Made by a program: the position numbers and the translations under genes
Part shown: positions 48,812-57,269 of the stretch, one piece after another
Layout of the letters: each line of letters opens with the position of its first letter
Numbering within the stretch: the stretch's first letter is position 1
Source of the DNA: Bacteroidota bacterium
Lineage (GTDB): Bacteria > Bacteroidota > Ignavibacteria > UBA10030 > UBA6906
Length of the DNA: 64,000 nucleotides
Assembly (NCBI GenBank): GCA_031402435.1
Contig: JANNSJ010000038.1
Location: 15,597-79,596 of the forward strand
Direction: 5' to 3'
The notes under the pieces: model-generated
What the model saw: only the letters and a program-made list of their open reading frames with translations
The model's database searches: none
Told to the model about the DNA's origin: nothing

Positions 48812-50208
48812 GATTTCTTCTCCGGATTCAATTTCACGGTCGTGGACTTCGCCTCAAGTATGTACTTCGTAATCACTCTCTTGATGTCTTCCTTCGTCAC
48901 CTTTTCAACCTGTGCTATCACATTGATCTGAAACGCAAGGTCATCCGCATAGCTGTAGCCATCGCCCAACAGGCGGGCCAGCGACGACGGGTTCGTCACC
49001 GAAGTGTAGAGCTCCTTCATCATGTTGTTCTTCACGATCTGGATCTGATCGTCGCTGATTGTTCCCGACGCGAGCTCTGCAACTGCTCCATGGAAAATGC
49101 TCTCGACATCCTCGTACGTTTCTCCTTCGGAGAGTTGCGCATACAGTTCAAACGTGCCGAGGTCCTTCGACACATACGCTTCAACCAGCAGCGAGCTCAC
49201 CTTCGCATTATCCACCAGCCTCTGGTTGAGCACCGCTGACTTTCCCGATGTCAACAAACGTCCCACCATGGAGAGCGCCGGATAATCCGGACTGCGCATG
49301 CTCGGGATGTGCCACACCTTCGCCAGCGCGCGCTGCGTCGCCTTGGGATGCGTCACGGTCGCCGACCGGTCTTCGAGTTGCACAGGCTCGGTTGTTACCT
49401 CGCGCTTCTTGGTCGTGCTTGGTGCGTAGCTTCCGTACTTCGCGGCAATCGCCTGCATGGCCTCATCCGGGTCAACGTCTCCCGCCACGATAATCAGGGC
49501 GTTGTTCGGTGCGTAGAAATTCTTGTAGAAGTCCTTTGCCTCCTGCACCGTAAAGCCCTTGATGGATTCCTCCGTGCCGATGCCGGAGTACTTGTACGTG
49601 TGTTTCGTATACGCAAGGTCATACACCTTCTCCCACAGGTAGCGGCCCGGGTCGGAGAGGCCGCGCTTCCGTTCGGTGAGGACGGCTCCCTTTTCGGTTT
49701 CAAACATTGTCGAATCGATCACCAGGTGTACCATCCTGTCCGCTTCGAGATCGGCAACGGATGTGAATTTATCCTCCGGGAAGGAAAAGAAATAGACCGT
49801 CTGGTCACGTGCGGTATATGCGTTGGTGCCGCGGCCGCCGTTTTGGTTCACGAACTTGTCGAACTCTCCCATCGGACGGTTGGTGGTTTTGCGGAACATC
49901 ATATGCTCGAACAGGTGGGCGAGTCCCTGGTGTCCGGGCGCTTCATCAGCGGAGCCGGTCTTGAACCATGTTTGATACGTGAAGATCGGCGTTGTCGTAT
50001 CACGCACGATGGCCACCTGCAAACCGTTCGGCAGCTTGTAATTCTTGATGGTGAGGCTTCCGAGCAGACTGATCTCGTTGAGCTTCTCGTACGGTTTCTT
50101 GCCGGAAAGGTCCGGCGCTTCATGTTGCGACTGAGCCTGGATGTTGCCATGGATGGTGAGAATAGCAAGCGAAAGGACGAACGTGCCTGCCCGGATCATC
50201 ATCTTCAT
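48808..50208 (-). CDS. M16 zinc peptidase, catalytic subunit
   Basis: 'GLAHLFEHMMF', 'NAYT', 'E...V..E' and 'YAPNNA'. Confidence 0.9.
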   Translation of the reverse strand: MKMMIRAGTFVLSLAILTIHGNIQAQSQHEAPDLSGKKPYEKLNEISLLGSLTIKNYKLPNGLQVAIVRDTTTPIFTYQTWFKTGSADEAPGHQGLAHLFEHMMFRKTTNRPMGEFDKFVNQNGGRGTNAYTARDQTVYFFSFPEDKFTSVADLEADRMVHLVIDSTMFETEKGAVLTERKRGLSDPGRYLWEKVYDLAYTKHTYKYSGIGTEESIKGFTVQEAKDFYKNFYAPNNALIIVAGDVDPDEAMQAIAAKYGSYAPSTTKKREVTTEPVQLEDRSATVTHPKATQRALAKVWHIPSMRSPDYPALSMVGRLLTSGKSAVLNQRLVDNAKVSSLLVEAYVSKDLGTFELYAQLSEGETYEDVESIFHGAVAELASGTISDDQIQIVKNNMMKELYTSVTNPSSLARLLGDGYSYADDLAFQINVIAQVEKVTKEDIKRVITKYILEAKSTTVKLNPEKKS

Positions 50209-50393
50209 GAGTGCCTCCGATGTGTGGTTGAGTGAATAGCGATGAACAAACGCCAAACTGATGGTTGATGGCTACGGACTAACGACTAAAGAGACTAAAT
50301 GACTAGTTTTTGGATGGTGTAACGACCGGATTAGGATACGGAAATTTGACGGGAAATGTTACGGTTTGGCTGGACAGCACCTCGCCAAAGGGT

Positions 50394-50741
50394 CTACAAC
50401 CCAACGCATAAGCCAACGGCATTGAGAACCGCAGATAATTCGGATTCGGTTACAAAACCCATCTTTTTTACAAACCGGTCGGTGGAGAATGACTTCACCT
50501 GGGCTGCGTCAGCACTGCTCTCTTTCTTCAAGCCATTCTTTGCAGATGGTTTGAAGCGTATCAACCATGAGTAGAGATCGTGATGTGGCTTTCGCTCGCG
50601 AAGGGGAACAACGATGCGGAGAGGCAAGACTTCTGTTTCGGGAACCGAGATGACGACGGCAGGACGTGTCTTGCGGATTTCTGCGCCGCGTTGGGGTTCA
50701 AATTCAACGAGCCACACTTCACCGCGGTGGGGAACCGGCAT
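50394..50741 (-). CDS. PemK/MazF family toxin
   Basis: 'RGEVWLV.FEP..GAEI.KTRPAVVIS' and 'NGL.K.S.AD..Q'. Confidence 0.9.
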   Translation of the reverse strand: MPVPHRGEVWLVEFEPQRGAEIRKTRPAVVISVPETEVLPLRIVVPLRERKPHHDLYSWLIRFKPSAKNGLKKESSADAAQVKSFSTDRFVKKMGFVTESELSAVLNAVGLCVGL

Positions 50742-50742
50742 G

Positions 50743-50973
50743 TTAGTATTCTATATCGATAGATGAACTATCAATGACTTCATCATTGCCGAGGGCAATC
50801 ATCCCCGCTGCGTGCTTTGCCTGGAGGGCAAGTATCTGACTCCTCTGCCGGGGAGGCAGCTTTCGTAGTTGTGAAGCTGTCAGCGGAGGCCAGGGAATAT
50901 CCCCTGCCAATTTTCTGGTAGGGCTTGCCTTCCGTAGCTTATACGCTACGCTCTGTTCTTTCACTTTTCCCAT
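50743..50973 (-). CDS. Putative antitoxin
   Basis: 76 aa ORF directly upstream of the toxin with an acidic C-terminus; GGAG SD; TTGCGC/TACTTT promoter at about 51004-51032. Confidence 0.65.
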   Translation of the reverse strand: MGKVKEQSVAYKLRKASPTRKLAGDIPWPPLTASQLRKLPPRQRSQILALQAKHAAGMIALGNDEVIDSSSIDIEY

Positions 50974-51092
50974 CAAGACTCCCTGTCTGGTTCTCTCGGT
51001 ACCAAAGTAACAAAGTCCCGCAATATGCGCAAGCGGGTTCACGCTTGTGCATTGGCGGACATTGATCCTACCTTCCGGGGCGGGATAAGCCA

Positions 51093-51914
51093 CTACACCC
51101 GTGTTGCCTTCAGTAACAGTTTCCCATCAATCACAGTCAGACTCATGGACTTGCCATCCTTCTCCTCAAACCGGATGCGGACTGCAGGTACCCCCGCCGG
51201 ATGAAACTCATGGTTACCCTGGTGAAACAACACGCGGTTCACACCATCCGGTTGGCGAATGATGCCAAGGAAACCGTTCTTGTCTGTACCGATCTTGAAT
51301 GCCTGTGACGTTTCTTTTCCAAATGCATACTCTCCAGTATACATTCGCTTCTCTTCCTCCGTGAGCGGAAGCGATGTATGTCCGATATCGGCATCGCCGA
51401 CTTCCTTCAGGTATTCAACAACACCGCGTGATTGTTCACCTCCCATGCGCGCATGATGCGCCAGCGTAATTCCATGCGGACCGTGTGTACGTTGGATTCC
51501 AGGATTGGCGGTGATATACGCCTTCACCACCTCAAGCTGACCAAGCATGGCAAACGTAAAGATGTCCGGACGTGCACCGTTTGCCATGAGCAGCGATGCG
51601 ATCACGCGGTTTCCCACATGCGATGCAGCGCCGAGTGCCGTCTCCCAGTCACCATAGCCCCAATCATACGCCGCTTTCGCCAGTGAAGGACTCTCACCCA
51701 GCAGCTCACGCACTCGCTCTACTTTTGCATGCGAAGCCCCCACCATCTCTTTCACCCGCACAGGATCCTGGGACGGGAACTGCGGATGGATCGGACCCGT
51801 GGTTCCTCCCGCATACGTGTCTTGCGAAAGGACTATGCCCGGCATAAACACCGGTGCAATACACAAAGCCGACGTTGAGGCAACGAAGTGCCTGCGTGAA
51901 AGCAATTGAGACAT
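51093..51914 (-). CDS. Tat-exported hypothetical protein with ankyrin-like motifs
   Basis: 'SRRHFV' twin-arginine signal and 'GDWETALGAASHVG...LL.NGA'. Confidence 0.75.
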   Translation of the reverse strand: MSQLLSRRHFVASTSALCIAPVFMPGIVLSQDTYAGGTTGPIHPQFPSQDPVRVKEMVGASHAKVERVRELLGESPSLAKAAYDWGYGDWETALGAASHVGNRVIASLLMANGARPDIFTFAMLGQLEVVKAYITANPGIQRTHGPHGITLAHHARMGGEQSRGVVEYLKEVGDADIGHTSLPLTEEEKRMYTGEYAFGKETSQAFKIGTDKNGFLGIIRQPDGVNRVLFHQGNHEFHPAGVPAVRIRFEEKDGKSMSLTVIDGKLLLKATRV

Positions 51915-51994
51915 GGGGTTCTCCTTGATTTGAACATGCGTAGGGAAGGCTACTTGAAGTACGGGATGGCGAGTGAAGAGTTGCGGACTGATAT

Positions 51995-52225
51995 TTACCT
52001 AAGAGCATCGTTGATGCGTTTGATGCATCTTTGGGGATTCTTCACGAGATCATGTTCCCAGATTCGAACAACGCGCCAGCCTTGCTTTCGCAATTCACGG
52101 TTGACGAACACATCACGGGCTTTGTTTGCACCAAGTTTCTTTCGCCAGAAGCGTCTGTTATTGGCTGGCATGTTGGAATGTTTGGGGCAGCAATGCCAGA
52201 AGCAACCATCGACGAACACCGTAAG
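51995..52225 (-). pseudogene. vsr: Vsr very-short-patch endonuclease, C-terminal fragment
   Basis: 'VFVDGCFWH.CP.H', 'FW..KL..N..RD' and 'GWRVVRIWEH'; the N-terminal half with the PD motif is missing. Confidence 0.82.
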
Positions 52226-52233
52226 AAACACGA

Positions 52234-52551
52234 CTACCAATACTTCTTAGTAAAATGGTTACCGGATTCATCAACAATTGAGCCATCAGATAGGATGTCT
52301 ACTTCAACCACATATTCTTCAACGGTCATTGCATCCTCAAACTCCCTTTCACCTACAAGGAATTGTTCAATTCTTTCCATTGTATCGTCAGCAATCTCCC
52401 GTTCAGCTGCTTCACGAGTCGGATATGTAAATGGTTTGAGATCGGCAGTCCACTCGGCGGGTACACTGCCTTCGAAAAGAGTGTCAAGATAGATACAAAA
52501 CCCAATTGAGATTTCATGTACAACCTCTGAACTTTGTTGGGAAGAAATCAT
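52234..52551 (-). CDS. Acidic hypothetical protein
   Basis: 105 aa ORF starting 2 bp after the upstream stop. Confidence 0.65.
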   Translation of the reverse strand: MISSQQSSEVVHEISIGFCIYLDTLFEGSVPAEWTADLKPFTYPTREAAEREIADDTMERIEQFLVGEREFEDAMTVEEYVVEVDILSDGSIVDESGNHFTKKYW

Positions 52552-52553
52552 AG

Positions 52554-52931
52554 CTAGACCTTCCTACCCAACACTCTATCAATGGGGTTGAAGCAGCGCC
52601 AACCTTGCTGACTTTCCCTCTCTACTTGTTCCAAGAAGGATTTGATCGAACGTTGATCCGTAAATTGATCGGTGGATAGTTCGACCGAATAAAACTCATG
52701 AAAACAATGATCTTCCGCGATGACATCTCCGTTTGCAAAAAGGAAGACCTCTGGTATCTGGATTTGATCTGCAACAAACAAGCATCCCATATCGAAGGCT
52801 TTTACCAAGCGGTTGTCTATGTCGGCAAGTGGAAGATCGTTTGGATTTGAAAACACAACTTCGTGCCACGCTTTCGAGTTTCCAGCATCTCGATACAGGT
52901 AAGTAAACTTGATCGTTTGCGACGTCTTCAT
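52554..52931 (-). CDS. Hypothetical protein ('YLYRDAGN' motif)
   Basis: 125 aa ORF with an ATGA overlap with the HNH gene. Confidence 0.7.
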   Translation of the reverse strand: MKTSQTIKFTYLYRDAGNSKAWHEVVFSNPNDLPLADIDNRLVKAFDMGCLFVADQIQIPEVFLFANGDVIAEDHCFHEFYSVELSTDQFTDQRSIKSFLEQVERESQQGWRCFNPIDRVLGRKV

Positions 52932-53698
52932 TGTTTGAATATCTTCTCATTGTGATATTCAAGAAATTCTCGCTCCGGAAGGAACCTACGCGGAAGTGTT
53001 ATCGTCATTCCATCGTATCGTGTCAGGAATTGTTGAGTAGGATCAGTTCGTTTAGCCGGTTTCTTAATCGAAGGAGAGATTCTCACTTTGAGATCAGAAG
53101 TAATCGTGAGTAGGCCACGGTCGAAAGCTCTATCATGAAGAGTGTTCAGACAAAGTCCATTCCGTGGATTGACACGGTTCTTTTCATCTTTTGACCACGG
53201 GAGAATATGACTGGCATTGAGGAGATCGGGGACTGCTAGTCCCGTTATACAACATCGAAACTCATATGCAGCCAACACTGCCGCTCTGAAAAAGTTCTGA
53301 TTGACCCTGATTTTTACAAGCGCCTTGCGATCCAGACCTTTTCGTGGAATTTCCAATGGGTCAATCTCAGCCACTATTTCAATTCTCTCTCCCGTCCATT
53401 TCGCAAGAAGCATTTCACTTTCGTACGCTAGTCGCTCCCAATTACTGTTGAACTCATTCCAGATTTCTCTGTCGAGTTGACTAACGTTCACCGCTCCTTT
53501 GATTCCGCGCTTCTTTAGATTAGGATCAAGGCTCGCAAAGTTGACAAGCTTCCAACCAACCGCCGATGGAGTACGACCCAGAAGTGTCGCAAGTTTGATG
53601 ATGTCAGGGTTACGGTTATGGAGCCTGCCAAATGGGGTTTTGCAGTAGAGGTTAATAGCCAAGATCAGTTCGTCACGTGACCAGTTCTTTCTGCTCAT
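52928..53698 (-). CDS. HNH endonuclease (putative modification-dependent restriction enzyme)
   Basis: 'RVNQNFFR..VL.AY...CCITG...L.ASHI.PW...NGLCL..LHDRAFDRG'; helical N-terminal domain. Confidence 0.88.
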   Translation of the reverse strand: MSRKNWSRDELILAINLYCKTPFGRLHNRNPDIIKLATLLGRTPSAVGWKLVNFASLDPNLKKRGIKGAVNVSQLDREIWNEFNSNWERLAYESEMLLAKWTGERIEIVAEIDPLEIPRKGLDRKALVKIRVNQNFFRAAVLAAYEFRCCITGLAVPDLLNASHILPWSKDEKNRVNPRNGLCLNTLHDRAFDRGLLTITSDLKVRISPSIKKPAKRTDPTQQFLTRYDGMTITLPRRFLPEREFLEYHNEKIFKQ

Positions 53699-53864
53699 TA
53701 GTCTACCATGGTTGTTGGGTTGAGGAGAAAAGTATAAAGCCAAGGTAGCGAATTTGAATTCAAGCCACAACGAATCATGGATGTATGGTAATTGAAATTT
53801 GACTATGAGTCTATGGACGATGAGTCAAGTTGGAAGATTGTGAATCTTGGAGTTTGCGCGCTGC

Positions 53865-54024
53865 GGTCAGACAGGAATGTCTGACCTACGGGCAACATGC
53901 GCTGCACTGCACAAATCCTTTTTCCGAGCACTCGGAACTGCAGGCTGGTGCGGTCGGCATACCAACTACACCCTTACAGTTCTCGGACTATGAACGAGTG
54001 AGGCGTTTGCAGTTCCGAGAGCTT
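53865..54024 (-). repeat. Structured intergenic element A with a GTAG-type REP
   Basis: GTAGGTCAGAC..GTCTGACC on the minus strand, and a perfect 12-bp IR CTCGGAACTGCA (53931)/TGCAGTTCCGAG (54008); near-identical to 57045-57220. Confidence 0.85.
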
Positions 54025-54077
54025 TTCCGCTCAACTCAATACGTATCAAACGAGCGAGATCTCGCTTCGCGGACTTG

Positions 54078-54150
54078 CACACTTCTTTCCAGAAAGAAGT
54101 GTGATAAAGAACCCGGGCGTTCGTTGGCATTTCCTTGAGAAGAGAAAGCC
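54078..54150 (+). repeat. Short structured element B
   Basis: CACACTTCTTTC/GAAAGAAGTGTG hairpin, then AAAGAAC and CGGGC..GCCCG. Confidence 0.55.
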
Positions 54151-54220
54151 CGCCATCTTGAAACAAAGCCGAAGCCATGTTCGTACAGCAAGCAATCTCA
54201 CATTCGCCAACAGGAGTCAG

Positions 54221-55078
54221 ATGAAAACGCTCTTCCTTTTGTTATGTGTCGCCGTTCTCGCGCCGTTGCAGGCACAGACCACGTATCCGGTACAGATCAC
54301 GGACAATGGTTTCATCTTCGTCAGGGTGACACTGAACGACTCCATCCCGGCAACGTTCCTGCTGGATACCGGCGCAGGCATCAACGTGGTGTCGTCATCG
54401 TTGTACCGTCGGGTGCAGTCCGGCAGCGTACCATGCGGCATCTATACCGGCTTCCGGCACAACGGAGAACGACTGGATGGTGAACTGTACAAACTTCCCT
54501 CATTGCAACTCGGCACTCTCAGGCAGAGCAATGCAGTCTTCAGTGTCTACCCGCCACTCGACGGCTATGGCATTGAAGGCATCCTCTCCATGAAGTTCTT
54601 TCAAGAGCAACCGTTCACCATTGATTTCAAGGGGAAGACCATTACTCTCGGTGGCGCCACCGTAGCAGATACACCGGCAATCATCATCCCTCTCACGCTG
54701 CACGATGACCGCAACATTGCCCTGGACCTCTTTGCAACAATACGCGTGAACGACAAGGTGGACATCGAGGTGGAGTTCGACACCGGCAGCGGCTTCGAAA
54801 CGTTGCTCATCAATCCCTGGTTCATGGCAAAACTCGGACTGGACACAACGGGGATGCCCGTGAAGTATTCAAGTGAATCAAGCACCGGCATCAAATCGAG
54901 GATATATGAATCACGGATGCGCTCCGTCTCGTTTTCATCGGCACCGTCAATAGAACAGCGCGACGTTGCCGTGGTATTCAAGGAGGGTTTGATCTACGAG
55001 GGACTGATGGGGAGCGGCATGTTCCGCGAGAAAAGACTCACGATCGATATTCCGCATCGTCGCATAGTTGTGAGGTAG
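54221..55078 (+). CDS. Secreted tandem retropepsin-like aspartyl protease
   Basis: LDTGA and FDTGS motifs, 'GILS'/'GLMG'; AGGAG SD and signal peptide. Confidence 0.85.
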   Translation: MKTLFLLLCVAVLAPLQAQTTYPVQITDNGFIFVRVTLNDSIPATFLLDTGAGINVVSSSLYRRVQSGSVPCGIYTGFRHNGERLDGELYKLPSLQLGTLRQSNAVFSVYPPLDGYGIEGILSMKFFQEQPFTIDFKGKTITLGGATVADTPAIIIPLTLHDDRNIALDLFATIRVNDKVDIEVEFDTGSGFETLLINPWFMAKLGLDTTGMPVKYSSESSTGIKSRIYESRMRSVSFSSAPSIEQRDVAVVFKEGLIYEGLMGSGMFREKRLTIDIPHRRIVVR

Positions 55079-55092
55079 GCTCGTGTTGTGTC

Positions 55093-55374
55093 TTACTTTC
55101 TCTTTGGAAGAGAAAGTAACAAAGAGAACTTCCCGAAATCCCCGCCTGCCTTCGTTGACCACCTTCTGGCGGGCAGGGAATCCCTGCGGCTTTGATGAAG
55201 CAGTCCTCGGATTCATGCGATTTCAGCACATCACCAAAAAGCAGTAAACACTGAAATCGTCCGTCCGCAAAGCGGACGAGATCTCGTTCCGACTCTGTCG
55301 GAACGGACAAACATGGTTGGTCTGCCAACGCACACCGCCGTCGATTTCGGGATCCTCTGGTTTGTGTGCTCTGC
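55093..55374 (+). repeat. Structured intergenic element C
   Basis: TTACTTTCTCTT/AAGAGAAAGTAA hairpin, then AAAGAGAAC, IR TCCCGAAATC..GATTTCGGGA and GGTTTGTG tail. Confidence 0.7.
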
Positions 55375-55511
55375 TATTGCTGGTACTGCTCGGTAAATGC
55401 ATGCGGCAGGTAAGGAGAATACTTGATGTTCTTGAGGTGGTCGCAATTTGCGACCACCTCCGCTTTCTCTTCAGCCGTAAGCTGGAACATGAAATCTTCT
55501 GGAAACCTGTC
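55374..55511 (-). pseudogene. ORF6N-domain protein fragment
   Basis: Manual translation gives DRFPEDFMFQLTAEEKAEVVANCDHLKNIKYSPYLPHAFTE; the N-terminus and C-terminus are missing. Confidence 0.82.
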
Positions 55512-55971
55512 ACAACTGAAACATTGATTCCATCTTCTTGAAGCAGGCCGTCCATCCGTGCTCGTGATCGTCGCGGTCCTTCTTGCCCGGGAAGAGTTCG
55601 TGCGTGAAGTGCATTTCAGTCATCCCATCAAGTTCGGTGAGTTGAATGGTGATTTGCATCTGTCCGTCATTTGGCTTGTCTTCCCACGCCCACGTGAAGG
55701 CCAATCGATCGGGGGACCTGACTTCTTTGTACACACCTGTGGCGATGTGCTCTTTGCCGGAAGGAACATGCTTCATGCCCATGCGGAACCTGCCGCCAAC
55801 ACGCAAATCCACTTCGGCGACTGAACCGACCATATCATCGCTTCCGGCAAACCACAGTTTCAGCATGTCCGGTTTTGTCCATGCATCAAATACCTTCTCC
55901 CGCGAAGCCTTGAACGTTCGCTTCATGTAGAGGGTCGTGTCCGTTGACGGTGTTGCGGTGGTCGTTACCAT
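55510..55971 (-). CDS. SRPBCC/AHSA1 domain protein
   Basis: 'A.REKVFDAWT.P..L..W', 'DLRVGGRF' and 'H..GW'. Confidence 0.9.
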   Translation of the reverse strand: MVTTTATPSTDTTLYMKRTFKASREKVFDAWTKPDMLKLWFAGSDDMVGSVAEVDLRVGGRFRMGMKHVPSGKEHIATGVYKEVRSPDRLAFTWAWEDKPNDGQMQITIQLTELDGMTEMHFTHELFPGKKDRDDHEHGWTACFKKMESMFQL

Positions 55972-56046
55972 GAGTTACCTCCTTGAAAAGGAATGAATGG
56001 AATGCCACTACTGAAGCAATCCCACGTATGAGCGAATCAGTTGTTG

Positions 56047-56379
56047 TTACTTCCGGCTCGTGCCAAGGAATCTTTCCAGTGCATCGAACCGTCCCTCCCA
56101 GAAAGCGCGATACCGTTCAAGCCATGCCGCTGCATCCTTCAAGGCTTTACTATTCAGGTTCATCCTGTGTATTCGCCCGTCCTTTTCGCGAAGGATCAGC
56201 CCAGCGTCTTCAAGGACTTTCAGATGCTTTGAAACTGCCGGCAGCGACATGTCGTGCGGATCGGCCAATTCGGTTACCCGGGCTTCGCCACGGGCAAGCC
56301 TGTCAAGGATTGCCCTGCGTGTCGGGTCGGCAAGCGCCGAAAAGATGGCGTTGAGACTTTCACTGGAACGATTGCTCAT
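56047..56379 (-). CDS. ArsR/SmtB family transcriptional regulator
   Basis: 'F.ALADPTRRAIL', 'SKHLKVLE.AGLI' and 'FWE..FD.L'. Confidence 0.92.
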   Translation of the reverse strand: MSNRSSESLNAIFSALADPTRRAILDRLARGEARVTELADPHDMSLPAVSKHLKVLEDAGLILREKDGRIHRMNLNSKALKDAAAWLERYRAFWEGRFDALERFLGTSRK

Positions 56380-56407
56380 CGGTCAATTCTGAAAAAGGAC
56401 ACAGCCC

Positions 56408-56896
56408 TTACATCCACGGTTCATCGCCGGAGGGGCCGTAGATGGACGGGACTTTCGCCCCGACGAGTCTCAAGTACACGGAGAATTGTCCGCGGTGATG
56501 GACGCTGTCCATTAGCATCATCCATAACATGTCTGCGCGTCGGACCTGCCCCATTTGTTTTGGCCCCACTGGAACGGTGATCATTGAATTCCAATCCGCC
56601 TCCGACATTGCGCTTACTTTGGGAACCATAGTCTTCTGTGTGTTCTCATATGCATTCAGAAGATCAGGATATGTTGCAAACTTCGGCATCTCACCTCCAA
56701 AATCGATCTTCCCGTTGACAACACCATCGACAACGCCAAGCTCCGCAATAAAAACAGTTGCGAGGTCTTTGGCACTTTTGGTTTTCTCTGCGGCCGGCTT
56801 GAAGTCTGCCTTGCCTGCGGGAAGTTGCTTCAGGATCTTCATCGTGGTGGCAAACTCGCGTTGCCATGTGTTGAGAAACATCTCTTTCTCTGTCAT
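56408..56896 (-). CDS. DinB family protein
   Basis: 'HHRGQFSVYLRLVGAKVPSIYGPS'. Confidence 0.9.
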   Translation of the reverse strand: MTEKEMFLNTWQREFATTMKILKQLPAGKADFKPAAEKTKSAKDLATVFIAELGVVDGVVNGKIDFGGEMPKFATYPDLLNAYENTQKTMVPKVSAMSEADWNSMITVPVGPKQMGQVRRADMLWMMLMDSVHHRGQFSVYLRLVGAKVPSIYGPSGDEPWM

Positions 56897-56925
56897 AACG
56901 ACTCCTCGGGGTGTTGTGTGGGTGA

Positions 56926-56976
56926 ATTATAGTTAACTGATTGGTTAAATATAATCAGAAGGAGAGAACTTGTCAA
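56926..56976 (-). promoter_or_regulatory. sigma70 promoter with overlapping ArsR-type operator
   Basis: TTGACA-N17-TATATT on the minus strand; IR ATTATAGTTAAC-N6-GTTAAATATAAT (11/12 match) over the -10 and start site. Confidence 0.8.
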
Positions 56977-56994
56977 GCAGAAAGTTATTTTTGT

Positions 56995-57255
56995 GGTCAG
57001 ACGGGAATGCCCGCCTGGCCATATGAGTTTTATTGCGGCGGGAGGTCTGACCTACAGGAGGCAGACGCTGCACTGCACAAACCCTTTTTCCGAGCACTCG
57101 GAACTGCGGGCTGCCTGCCCGCCGGAATGATTTGAATGAAGGCAGGGTGCGGACGGAATACCAACTACACACTACAGTTCTCGGACTATGAACGACCGAA
57201 GCGTTTGCAGTTCCGAGAGTTCTCTTTCGTCCTTTCTCTTTTAAAGAGAAAGGAC
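56995..57255 (-). repeat. Structured intergenic element D (copy of A with a 33-bp insert and a head hairpin)
   Basis: Degenerate REP, IR at 57097/57207, insert 57114-57146 and hairpin GTCCTTTCTCTT/AAGAGAAAGGAC. Confidence 0.85.
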
Positions 57256-57269
57256 ATAGAAGATCAGTG

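Noticed and set aside
47462-50208. Active plus inactive M16 pair as a novel system
   Set aside because: Heterodimeric M16B peptidases are well described
50260-50306. GACTAA(C/A) short tandem repeats upstream of the M16 operon
   Set aside because: Only four degenerate 7-9-bp units with no unique spacers; not CRISPR, and no function can be supported
53931-54019. AAC...GTT inverted repeat as an integron attC site
   Set aside because: The flanks do not fit RYYYAAC/GTTRRRY and there is no intI in the window
53830-54138. ORFs 53830-54138 and 57136-57327 sharing 'LQFSDYER..RLQFRE'
   Set aside because: The similarity comes from the palindromic DNA repeat, and the frames are not preserved between copies
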